Assembly (NCBI GenBank): GCA_947629815.1
Contig: CANRFG010000004.1
Coordinates: forward strand, 266-64,265
Length of the DNA stretch: 64,000 nucleotides
Source of the DNA: an uncultured Bacilli bacterium
GTDB taxonomy: Bacteria; Bacillota_I; Bacilli_A; RF39; UBA660
Reading direction: 5' to 3'
A model generated the notes under the pieces. The model did no database searches. It had not been told where the DNA came from and saw only the letters and a list, made by a program, of their open reading frames with translations. The translations under genes and the position numbers were made by a program. This document shows, piece by piece, positions 45,597 through 54,660 of this stretch. Position 1 is the first letter of the stretch, and every line of letters begins with the position of its first letter.

Positions 45597-46682
45597 ATGA
45601 ATGAAGAAAATAATTTAAATGAAATTAATAATTCAGTAGATAATAGTTTAAATAAAAATGAAAATCAGATAAATATAAATCAAGAAAATAACAATCAATT
45701 AAATAACAATATAAGTAATCAAAAGAATAACAAAAATACATTAAAAGTAATATTAATAGTAATACTTACAATACTATTAATAGCAGCATTAAGTTTTATA
45801 GTATATGATAAGTTTATCAATAAGGATGAAGTAAATAGTAATACAAACACTGAAGAAAATAGTAATCAGGGAAATAATACTCAAGCAAATGATGATAAAC
45901 AAAACAATAATCAAGAGAATAATAATCAACAAAATATAGAGGAAAATGACAATGCCAATAATTCTTCAATTGTTGTTGATGGAAATTTGCAGTACATGAT
46001 TAGTGATAAGGAAAAAGATTTGATAAAAAATCTTACATTTCCATTTAGTTATGTTAATTGGATTGGTAGTTCGTATGGAATAGTATCTCCAACCAATTTT
46101 AATGTTTCAAATATGACTAAGAATGATAAGATGTGGTTTACTCTTTCATTAACGGACAAATATAATGAATCTGGGGAGAGCAATCCAGATTGTAAAGACT
46201 GCACTTTGACAATTGGTGATGAATATTATAATACTTCTATAAATGAAGAAGAAGTCAAGAAGACATACGAAAAAATTTTTGGATATGAAACACCATTTGA
46301 AAATATGGATATAGATACAAAAGGTGGCATTCCTTGCTACACACCATATAAATATGATGCTAATACAAAGAGATATTGGGGAAATAGTAGTTGTGGAGGA
46401 GATACCTGTTCAATGTCTTTCAATATTATAACGAAAGTAGAGGAAGGTAACGATGAAATAATTGTTTATTTCCAATCTGGAATTTTTAATCCCTGTGAAG
46501 AGCCAGCTAAGATTGAAATGATAAATTATGATAAAGTGTTGTGGACAGGAACAAATAATATTGATATTGTAAACTCTGCTATAATAAATTTAGCGAAACA
46601 AAATAAATTAGATACATATAAGATAACATTTAAAAAACAAAGTGATGGAAAATACTATGTATATAGTGGAGAATGGCAATAG
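45597..46682 (+). CDS. N/Q-rich single-pass membrane protein with Cys-rich variable ectodomain (paralog A)
   Basis: N-terminal ~95 aa and C-terminal ~20 aa shared with 46793..48193. Central domain unrelated. Confidence 0.6.
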   Translation: MNEENNLNEINNSVDNSLNKNENQININQENNNQLNNNISNQKNNKNTLKVILIVILTILLIAALSFIVYDKFINKDEVNSNTNTEENSNQGNNTQANDDKQNNNQENNNQQNIEENDNANNSSIVVDGNLQYMISDKEKDLIKNLTFPFSYVNWIGSSYGIVSPTNFNVSNMTKNDKMWFTLSLTDKYNESGESNPDCKDCTLTIGDEYYNTSINEEEVKKTYEKIFGYETPFENMDIDTKGGIPCYTPYKYDANTKRYWGNSSCGGDTCSMSFNIITKVEEGNDEIIVYFQSGIFNPCEEPAKIEMINYDKVLWTGTNNIDIVNSAIINLAKQNKLDTYKITFKKQSDGKYYVYSGEWQ

Positions 46683-46732
46683 TCATTCTTTTTCCAATTT
46701 ACACAAAATCTGTAAAGAAAATAACCCCAAAC

Positions 46733-46763
46733 TTGACAAAGATTGGGGGGGGGAGTGTACAAT
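46733..46763 (+). promoter_or_regulatory. Candidate promoter TTGACA-19nt-TACAAT with G9 homopolymer (46745-46753) in the spacer
   Basis: Consensus -35. Spacer is 2 nt longer than the optimum solely because of the G tract. 30 bp upstream of ATG 46793. Confidence 0.45.
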
Positions 46764-46792
46764 ATAATTGTACAAAAAAGGAGTGAATTAAA

Positions 46793-48193
46793 ATGAATGA
46801 AGAAAATAATTTAAATGAAATTAATAATTCAGTAAATAATAGTTTAAATGAAAGTGATAATCAGCAAAATGTAAATCAAGAAAATAACAATCAATTAAAT
46901 AACAATATAAGTAATCAAAAGAATAACAAAAATACATTAAAAGTAATATTAATAGTAATACTTACAATACTATTAATAGCAGCATTAAGTTTTATAGTAT
47001 ATGATAAGTTTATTAATAATGATAAAGTAAATAGTTCAACAAATACTGAAGAAAATAGTAATCAGGGAAATACGAATGGGAATGAATTTTTAGGAAATAG
47101 TCAATACTCTTTAATAAATCTTTCTGAGGAAGAAAAAGCATTTTTAGAAAAGTATTCTATTTTATCATATGAACCATCATTGTCAGACGATAACAGATGG
47201 ATAAATATTTATTATGGTTTTGAAGATTCTAATACAATATGCTACAATTGTAAGAATAGTGATAAAAAAACTATAAAATTAAACGAAGAAATTCTTTATG
47301 GTACTTCATTTTCCTATGGATTTACTTATGGACTTGTTTTTTTAACAGAATCTGGTAACTTATATTTCTGTGATGATGAATGTTTACAAAATGGTAATGG
47401 CATTGATGATATGTATTTCATTTTAAATGATAAAAATATACTTGGTTTAAATTATATATATAATGATGATAGCATGTTCGCACTTTTAGTTGTTAAGACA
47501 AATAGTGGATTAAAAAAAATTTATTATAGTGATGTAAATGACCCTAACAATGAAGATTTAAAAAATGAAAATCATATAAATAGAATCGTTGAAATGCTAG
47601 ATGGTTCTATGTGCCCAACTAGAGAGACACAGACTAACACTGATTGTGATAAAGCACTTAATCCAAATAACAAAAATAGACTTGTTAATATGCTAGAATT
47701 AGCTATTTCTACACTCAATTATTATGAGGATAAAGTAGTTGGTAATACTTCTTATGGTTCATTTGATGCAAAACAAGTAGAGGAACACTTTAGAGAAATT
47801 TTTGGACCAGATGTTGAGTATAAAAACATGGATATTAGAAATGAAAAAGATAGTTTCTTAACATATGATTCAGAGACAAACATGTATAATGAAGGTAGTA
47901 TTATGGTAGGAGATACACCATATGAAAATAGAATTGAATTATATAAACAAGAACATGATAATGAAAATGAAATAAGTATATATTGGTACTCATATGGAGT
48001 TAATTATGCTTGTAATGAAGAATGTGAATATTTGACAGTAGATTCAAAAGGAAAAGAGTATAAAGTATCAAATGATAATATGGAAAGTGATATTGCTAAA
48101 TTAAAAAAAGAGGGAAATATTGCTATATATAAAATAACATTAAAAAAACAAAGTGATGGAAAATTCTATGTATATAGTGGAGAATGGCAATAA
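46793..48193 (+). CDS. N/Q-rich single-pass membrane protein with Cys-rich variable ectodomain (paralog B)
   Basis: First ~285 nt are about 93% identical to paralog A. C-terminus KITLKKQSDGKFYVYSGEWQ is shared. Confidence 0.6.
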   Translation: MNEENNLNEINNSVNNSLNESDNQQNVNQENNNQLNNNISNQKNNKNTLKVILIVILTILLIAALSFIVYDKFINNDKVNSSTNTEENSNQGNTNGNEFLGNSQYSLINLSEEEKAFLEKYSILSYEPSLSDDNRWINIYYGFEDSNTICYNCKNSDKKTIKLNEEILYGTSFSYGFTYGLVFLTESGNLYFCDDECLQNGNGIDDMYFILNDKNILGLNYIYNDDSMFALLVVKTNSGLKKIYYSDVNDPNNEDLKNENHINRIVEMLDGSMCPTRETQTNTDCDKALNPNNKNRLVNMLELAISTLNYYEDKVVGNTSYGSFDAKQVEEHFREIFGPDVEYKNMDIRNEKDSFLTYDSETNMYNEGSIMVGDTPYENRIELYKQEHDNENEISIYWYSYGVNYACNEECEYLTVDSKGKEYKVSNDNMESDIAKLKKEGNIAIYKITLKKQSDGKFYVYSGEWQ

Positions 48194-48218
48194 TAAAAAT
48201 CTTTTATAAAAGGATTGA

Positions 48219-48246
48219 AAAGCATTTACTAAAATGCTTTTTTTTT
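48219..48246 (+). terminator. Intrinsic terminator
   Basis: aaagcattt-act-aaatgcttt followed by T9. Confidence 0.6.
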
Positions 48247-48270
48247 GATATACTTATTAAGGTGATAAGT

Positions 48271-51200
48271 ATGCATGATAAATTAAAACTTTTATTAGAA
48301 CAAATAAATTTACCAATAGAAAACTACCAATATTTTAAAGATGGAAATTTAGTAAAAATAATTTCTAATAAAAATAAAGATTCATATGTTTTTATAATAC
48401 AAATAAAAAACATATTACCTGTTAATATATATGATTTATTTATAAAATTATTAAAAGAAAGATATAAAACAGTAGAAAATGTAGATGTAAAATTTGAAGT
48501 TTTAAATAAAGATTTAAATTTAATAAAAGATTATTATAAATACATAATAACAAATAAAAAAGAAGAAAATCCATTATTAGAAACATTTATAGACTATAAT
48601 GCATACTTAGAAGATGAAAAATTATATATAGAGTGTGCGAATATAGCAGAACAAATGAAATTAGAAACAATAACAAAAGATTTAGAAAATTTATTTTCCT
48701 CTGTAGGATATGGCAATATAAAAACTAATATAAAAATAAATCCTTCGTTAAATGAGGATTTACTTGAAGAAGTAAAACAAAGTTTAGTTGTAGAAATACC
48801 TAAAGAAGAAATAAAAAAAGAAATAGTTGAAGAAAAACCAAAACAAAAATATAATGGAATGCATAGAAGAGTAAAAACAGAAGATAGTCCTAATGTTGTT
48901 TTAGGAAGAACAATAGATTCTATTGCAACTGATATAAGAAACATAAAAACAGAAATAGATGATGTAACAGTAGATGCAAATGTATTTGGAATAGATTATT
49001 TCGAATCAAGCAAATCAAATTTTAAAATAATAACACTTAAAATAACAGATTTAACTGATAGTATATATTGTAAAATATTTTCAAAAGATGATGAAGAATA
49101 TAATACATTAAAAAGTAAATTAAAAGAAGGAAAATACTATAAAATAAGAGGATATACAAAAAATGATATATACTCAAAAGAATTAGTATTAAATGCAAGA
49201 GATATAAATATATTAGATAAAGTAATAGAACCAAGAAAAGATGAAGCAGAAATAAAAAGAGTTGAATTACATGCACATACTATGATGAGTCAAATGGATG
49301 GATTAACTAAAGTAGATTTAGGAAAACATACATGTGAACTTGTTAGTAGAGCAATTGATATGGGATATAGAGGAGTTGCAATAACAGACCATAATGGTTG
49401 TCAAGCATTTCCAATTGCATATGGAATAATAAATTCTTATAATAAAAAAATAGAAGATAAAGATAAACATTTTAAAGGTTTATATGGAACAGAATTAACG
49501 CTCGTAGATGATACAGTTAATGTTGTAGTAAGACCTACTGATTTACCACTTAAAGAAACTACATATGTCGTATTTGATACAGAAACAACAGGATTTAATG
49601 CAGCAGGAGAAGACCAAATGATAGAAATAGGCGCAGTTAAAATATGTAATGGAGAAATAATCGATAGATTTGATGAATTAATAGACCCAGGTAGACATAT
49701 ACCAGATAAAATAACAGAACTTACTTGTATAACTGATGAAATGGTAAAAGGTAAAGACAATGAAGAAACTGTAACACGCAAATTTTTAGAGTGGGCAAGT
49801 GATTTACCAATGGTTGCTCATAATGCTAAATTTGATATTTCATTTATAGAAATGTCAATGAAAAAATACAATATTGGACAATTTAAAAATACAGTAATTG
49901 ATACATTAGAATTATCAAGAACATTAGACCAAGGATTTGCTCGTCATAGTTTATCAGCTTTAGTAAAAAGATATGATGTTGAATGGGACGAAGATGCACA
50001 TCATAGAGCAGATTATGATGCACAAGGTACTGCATATGTATTCCACAAAATGTTACAAAAATTAACTGCTCAAAACTTTAAAAAAATAAGTGATTTAGAT
50101 AAACTAATATCAAAAGATGAAATACATAAATTTGGTAGAACTTTTCATTTTAATGCGATAGCAGTTAATAAAAAAGGACTTAAAAACTTGTTTAAAATAA
50201 TTTCACTTGCAAATACAGTTTATTTATATAAAACACCTAGAATACTTAGGAGTAAATTAGAAGAATTAAGAGAAGGCTTACTTATAGGTAGTGGTTGTTA
50301 TGAATCAGAAGTATTTATAGAAGCAAGAAGTAAAGAAGGACAAGAATTAACAAACATTATAAACTTTTATGATTATGTAGAAGTTCAACCTCCAGAAGTA
50401 TATGGTCATTTAATTCAAACAGGAGATTTTAATAATGAAATAGAACTACAAAACCATATTAAAAAAATAATAGAAGAAACAAAAAATGCAGGAAAAATAA
50501 TAGTCGCAACAGGAGATGTACATCATTTTGATAGAGAAGATAAAATATATAGAGAAATAATTATAAATCAAAAAGTTCCAGGTGGAGGAAGACACCCACT
50601 TTGTAAAAAAAATATAACAGAAATACCTTCACAACATTTTAGAACAACAGAAGAAATGTTACAAGATTTTAGTTTTCTAGATAAAAAACTTGCTTATGAA
50701 ATAGTTGTTGAAAATACAAATAAAGTACTAGACATGGTAGAAGAAATAGAAGTAATAATAGATACAGGCGGAATACCTTTTTCACCAAGGGTAAAAAGTG
50801 ATGATGGTAAGTCTTATCTTGATTGTCCAAGTGTAGTAACAGAACTTGTTTATTCAAAAGCTAAATCATGGTATGGAGATAATTTGCCATATAATATAGA
50901 AGAAAGAATAGCTAAAGAATTATATGGTGATATTGTATATAAATGTTGGAATGAAAAAATAAAACTTGAAAATCCAAATATGACAGAAGAAGAAATAGAA
51001 AAAAATACATTTTTAAACTTACATGAAAACATATTAAAAGGATTTGATTCAGTAAAAGAAACAATAAGGAATTACTTAAAAGAAAATTGGAGTGAAGAAG
51101 AATTTAGTGATGAACTACTAGAAAAGAAAGTAAAAAAAGAACTAGGTGGAATAATAGGTGGTGGATTTGACCCTATATATTTAATTGCCCAAAGACTTGT

Positions 51201-52932
51201 AAAACACTCCAATGATGAAGGATATCTAGTAGGTTCCCGTGGTTCAGTTGGTTCGTCTTTTGTTGCTACTATGATGGGGATAACAGAAGTAAATCCACTT
51301 CCCGCACATTACAGATGTTTAAAATGTAGAACAAGTATATTTGAAGATGAATCTGGAAAAGCATTAGGTGCAACATACTCATCAGGATTCGATTTGCCTG
51401 ATAAAATGTGTCCAAATTGTAGCGAAAAGATGTATAAAGATGGTCAAGATATGCCATTTGCTACATTCTTAGGTTTTAATGCAGATAAAGTACCTGATAT
51501 AGACCTTAATTTTTCAGATTTAAATCAAGCTTCTGCTCACGATTATACTAAAGTACTATTTGGTGTTGATAATGTTTATAGAGCAGGTACAATTGGTACT
51601 GTTGCAGATAAAACAGCCTTTGGATTTGTAAAAGGATATTGTGAAGAAAAAGGAGTATCTTTGCGTACTGCAGAAGTAGAAAGACTTGCTTTAGGTTGTA
51701 CAGGAGTTAAAAGAACAACAGGACAGCACCCTGGAGGAATAGTAGTTGTACCAGATTATATGGATGTTTCAGATTTTACCCCTTTTCAATTTCCGGCAGA
51801 TGATGCAACTTCTCCTTGGAGAACAACACACTTTGATTACCATGCAATCGACCAAGATTTATTAAAACTTGATATATTAGGTCATTCAGACCCAACTCAA
51901 CTTCGTATGATACAAGATTTAACTAAAACAGATATTCTAAAAGTACCTTTAGATGATAAAGATACTATGAGTATATTTACTTCCACTGCAGCGTTAGGTG
52001 TTACAAATGAACAAATTATGTGTCCAACAGGAACATTGGGTATACCTGAATTTGGTACACCATTTACAATAAGTATGGTTGAAGAAACTAAACCAACAAC
52101 ATTTGCTGAATTAGTAAAAATTTCAGGTTTATCTCATGGTACTGATGTTTGGCTTGGAAATGCACAGGAATTAATTAAAAATAATATTGTTCCATTTAAA
52201 GAAGTAATAGGTTGTCGTGATGATATTATGGTTTACTTAATGTATAAAGGTGTTGAACCAATTAAAGCATTTAAAATAATGGAATTTGTTCGTAAAGGAA
52301 AAGCCAGCAAATCACCAGATGAATGGGCTTTACATAGAAAGACGATGGAAGATGCTGGAATCGAAGAATGGTTTATTGACTCATGTCAAAAAATAAAATA
52401 CATGTTCCCAAAAGCACACGCTGCTGCATATGTCATTAGTGCATTTAGAATAGCTTGGTATAAAGTGCATATGCCAGTATACTTTTATGCATCATGGCTT
52501 ACTTCTAAAGCAACAGATGTAGATGTAGAAACTATGATAAAGGGATACGATGATATAAAAAATAAAATAATTGAAATAGAAAATAAAGGTTATGATGCTA
52601 CTAACAAAGAAAATGGTCAATTAGAAAGTTTAAAGGTAAGTTTAGAAGCAACAGCAAGAAATATTAAATTTTTACCTGTAGACTTAAATAAGAGTTTAGC
52701 AAGTACTTGGGATGTAGCAGATGAAACATCAATTTATCCACCTTTCTCATCTATAGATGGACTTGGTGATACAGTTGCTCAAAATATAGTTGAGGAAAGA
52801 GAAAAGAAAGAATTTTTAAGTATAGAAGACCTACAAAGAAGAGCTAAAATATCTACAACATTGATAGAAAAAATGAAATCTATGGGTATTTTAGATGGCA
52901 TGGAAGAATCTAGTCAATTAACTTTATTTTAA
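48271..52932 (+). CDS. polC: DNA polymerase III PolC-type
   Basis: OB domain, PHP, DEDD 3'-5' exonuclease (VVFDTETTG..., HNAKFDISF) and polymerase core. ATG 48271 after AGGTGA. ORF-track start 48184 overlaps the upstream terminator. Confidence 0.9.
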   Translation: MHDKLKLLLEQINLPIENYQYFKDGNLVKIISNKNKDSYVFIIQIKNILPVNIYDLFIKLLKERYKTVENVDVKFEVLNKDLNLIKDYYKYIITNKKEENPLLETFIDYNAYLEDEKLYIECANIAEQMKLETITKDLENLFSSVGYGNIKTNIKINPSLNEDLLEEVKQSLVVEIPKEEIKKEIVEEKPKQKYNGMHRRVKTEDSPNVVLGRTIDSIATDIRNIKTEIDDVTVDANVFGIDYFESSKSNFKIITLKITDLTDSIYCKIFSKDDEEYNTLKSKLKEGKYYKIRGYTKNDIYSKELVLNARDINILDKVIEPRKDEAEIKRVELHAHTMMSQMDGLTKVDLGKHTCELVSRAIDMGYRGVAITDHNGCQAFPIAYGIINSYNKKIEDKDKHFKGLYGTELTLVDDTVNVVVRPTDLPLKETTYVVFDTETTGFNAAGEDQMIEIGAVKICNGEIIDRFDELIDPGRHIPDKITELTCITDEMVKGKDNEETVTRKFLEWASDLPMVAHNAKFDISFIEMSMKKYNIGQFKNTVIDTLELSRTLDQGFARHSLSALVKRYDVEWDEDAHHRADYDAQGTAYVFHKMLQKLTAQNFKKISDLDKLISKDEIHKFGRTFHFNAIAVNKKGLKNLFKIISLANTVYLYKTPRILRSKLEELREGLLIGSGCYESEVFIEARSKEGQELTNIINFYDYVEVQPPEVYGHLIQTGDFNNEIELQNHIKKIIEETKNAGKIIVATGDVHHFDREDKIYREIIINQKVPGGGRHPLCKKNITEIPSQHFRTTEEMLQDFSFLDKKLAYEIVVENTNKVLDMVEEIEVIIDTGGIPFSPRVKSDDGKSYLDCPSVVTELVYSKAKSWYGDNLPYNIEERIAKELYGDIVYKCWNEKIKLENPNMTEEEIEKNTFLNLHENILKGFDSVKETIRNYLKENWSEEEFSDELLEKKVKKELGGIIGGGFDPIYLIAQRLVKHSNDEGYLVGSRGSVGSSFVATMMGITEVNPLPAHYRCLKCRTSIFEDESGKALGATYSSGFDLPDKMCPNCSEKMYKDGQDMPFATFLGFNADKVPDIDLNFSDLNQASAHDYTKVLFGVDNVYRAGTIGTVADKTAFGFVKGYCEEKGVSLRTAEVERLALGCTGVKRTTGQHPGGIVVVPDYMDVSDFTPFQFPADDATSPWRTTHFDYHAIDQDLLKLDILGHSDPTQLRMIQDLTKTDILKVPLDDKDTMSIFTSTAALGVTNEQIMCPTGTLGIPEFGTPFTISMVEETKPTTFAELVKISGLSHGTDVWLGNAQELIKNNIVPFKEVIGCRDDIMVYLMYKGVEPIKAFKIMEFVRKGKASKSPDEWALHRKTMEDAGIEEWFIDSCQKIKYMFPKAHAAAYVISAFRIAWYKVHMPVYFYASWLTSKATDVDVETMIKGYDDIKNKIIEIENKGYDATNKENGQLESLKVSLEATARNIKFLPVDLNKSLASTWDVADETSIYPPFSSIDGLGDTVAQNIVEEREKKEFLSIEDLQRRAKISTTLIEKMKSMGILDGMEESSQLTLF

Positions 52933-52948
52933 TAAAAAATTTATAAAA

Positions 52949-53010
52949 AAATGTCAGTTATCGACCAAAAATTGATAGTATAGTGCTAAAATTGGTCGAT
53001 AACTTGACTT
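52949..53010. repeat. Near-perfect 16-17 bp inverted repeat (tcagttatcgaccaa ... ttggtcgataacttga) with 27-nt spacer
   Basis: Located 17 bp after the polC stop. No T-run follows. Confidence 0.5.
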
Positions 53011-53216
53011 TAAAGTATTTTCAATATATAATTTATTTGTTTCTGATTTAATATTACAAAAAAATATTGATGGTATCAATAATATTAATATTGTTGACTT
53101 TATATATAATAATAGTGATTTAAAATAATATTTGTTTGTAACTTTATTTATAAATCTACAATAAAAATGTAGATTTATTTTTTTAGTTATGTTAAAATTA
53201 ATAGTAGGTGACTAAT

Positions 53217-53756
53217 ATGTTAGAGGATATAAGAATTTCTTTAGATAATAACTTGAATTTAACAAGAGAAGTTAAAGCAAGATTATTTGAATTAGTAGTA
53301 ATATTTAATGACAAATTTCCAAAAGTAAATTTACAAAACTTAAATAATCGCCTAAAAACATTAAAAATACAAAAAAATGATAAATTTTTAAATGATGATG
53401 TATCAATGTATGATTTTAAAAATAACATATTATATTTGAATACAAAAGAAATGGAAAAACCATATGATATGCGTCATGTACTAATGTTTGAACTTATTAA
53501 CATGATATCTGCTACAAACTATTATATGGGATTTGATACAGATGGAAGATTAGAATCTTTAAATATAGGTTATACAGAGGTTTTGGCTAATTATTTAGTT
53601 GGTAATAGTGGAGAAATACAAGTTTATCCAGAGGAAGCTATAATGGCTAACATGGTATCAATAATAGTTGGTTCTGATAATATGTTTAATTCTTACATAA
53701 ATAACGATTCAAAAATTTTACTTAATAAATTAGTAGAAGCGGGGGTACAATTATAA
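53217..53756 (+). CDS. Hypothetical protein
   Basis: AGGTGA RBS. No recognisable motif. Confidence 0.45.
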   Translation: MLEDIRISLDNNLNLTREVKARLFELVVIFNDKFPKVNLQNLNNRLKTLKIQKNDKFLNDDVSMYDFKNNILYLNTKEMEKPYDMRHVLMFELINMISATNYYMGFDTDGRLESLNIGYTEVLANYLVGNSGEIQVYPEEAIMANMVSIIVGSDNMFNSYINNDSKILLNKLVEAGVQL

Positions 53757-54001
53757 TGGGGTTTTATAAGGCAAATGCATTAGCAAACAACAGATTAAAC
53801 GAAAAGAGAAGAGGAAACAATATAACAACTTCTTATACAGAAGTTATGATTGAATTACTTTCAGCTTTTCCAGATTTATATTTTAGAATGGTTGAACATT
53901 CTGTTCCAACTAAAGGTCAAGTAATTGGCACAGATGAAAATTTAGATGGATTAAAAGAATATATGGAAGATAGAGCAAGTATGAAAGTAAGACACAGATG
54001 A
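53756..54001 (+). CDS. Hypothetical small protein (translationally coupled, TAATG overlap)
   Basis: Start overlaps upstream stop by 1 nt. Confidence 0.4.
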   Translation: MGFYKANALANNRLNEKRRGNNITTSYTEVMIELLSAFPDLYFRMVEHSVPTKGQVIGTDENLDGLKEYMEDRASMKVRHR

Positions 54002-54061
54002 CCAAATGGTCATTTTTTGCATAATAAAACATAATGAAATCATAATAATAATGGTGATTTT

Positions 54062-54556
54062 ATGTATTATGCAAAATATTTCTTTATAACATCAGTACTC
54101 GGTTTTATAATAGAATCATTCGTATATGGTAACTTTGGTGGCAAAAGTGGTATATTATATGGACCATGGACAATAGTATATGGATTTGGAACAATATTAA
54201 TACTTTTAGTAGATAAAATCGTATCTAAAAAAATAAACAATAAAATTCTAAAAGCTTTTTTAATATTTACAATATGCATGCTAATACTTACAATATTAGA
54301 ATTAACAGGTGGAATATTAATTGAAAAAATATTTAATGTAGTATATTGGGACTATTCAAATTGTAAATTTAATATTGGTAAATATATATGTTTAGAAATG
54401 GCTTTACTTTGGGGAGTTGCTTCTTTAGCGTTCGTTTATATTTTTAAACCTATAGTAGATAAAATATTAAAATACATTCCAAACTTTTTAATCTATATAC
54501 TTGTAGTATTAATGATATGTGATTTTATACTAACTATTTTATTTAAGAAGTTATAA
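54062..54556 (+). CDS. Small polytopic membrane protein (CmpB-like putative transporter component)
   Basis: Five TM helices with WDYS motif. GGTGA RBS. Confidence 0.4.
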   Translation: MYYAKYFFITSVLGFIIESFVYGNFGGKSGILYGPWTIVYGFGTILILLVDKIVSKKINNKILKAFLIFTICMLILTILELTGGILIEKIFNVVYWDYSNCKFNIGKYICLEMALLWGVASLAFVYIFKPIVDKILKYIPNFLIYILVVLMICDFILTILFKKL

Positions 54557-54660
54557 AATTAAAAAAAATTAATAAATTAGTAATAAAAATATTAAGTAAT
54601 TATATTATTTAATTGATTTTTATTACTTTTTTTTTTATAATATCTAAAGAGGTGTTGGGA

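Noticed and set aside
48184-48270. N-terminal extension of polC (ORF-track start 48184)
   Set aside because: The extension spans the intrinsic terminator of the upstream gene. ATG 48271 has an AGGTGA RBS and matches PolC N-termini.
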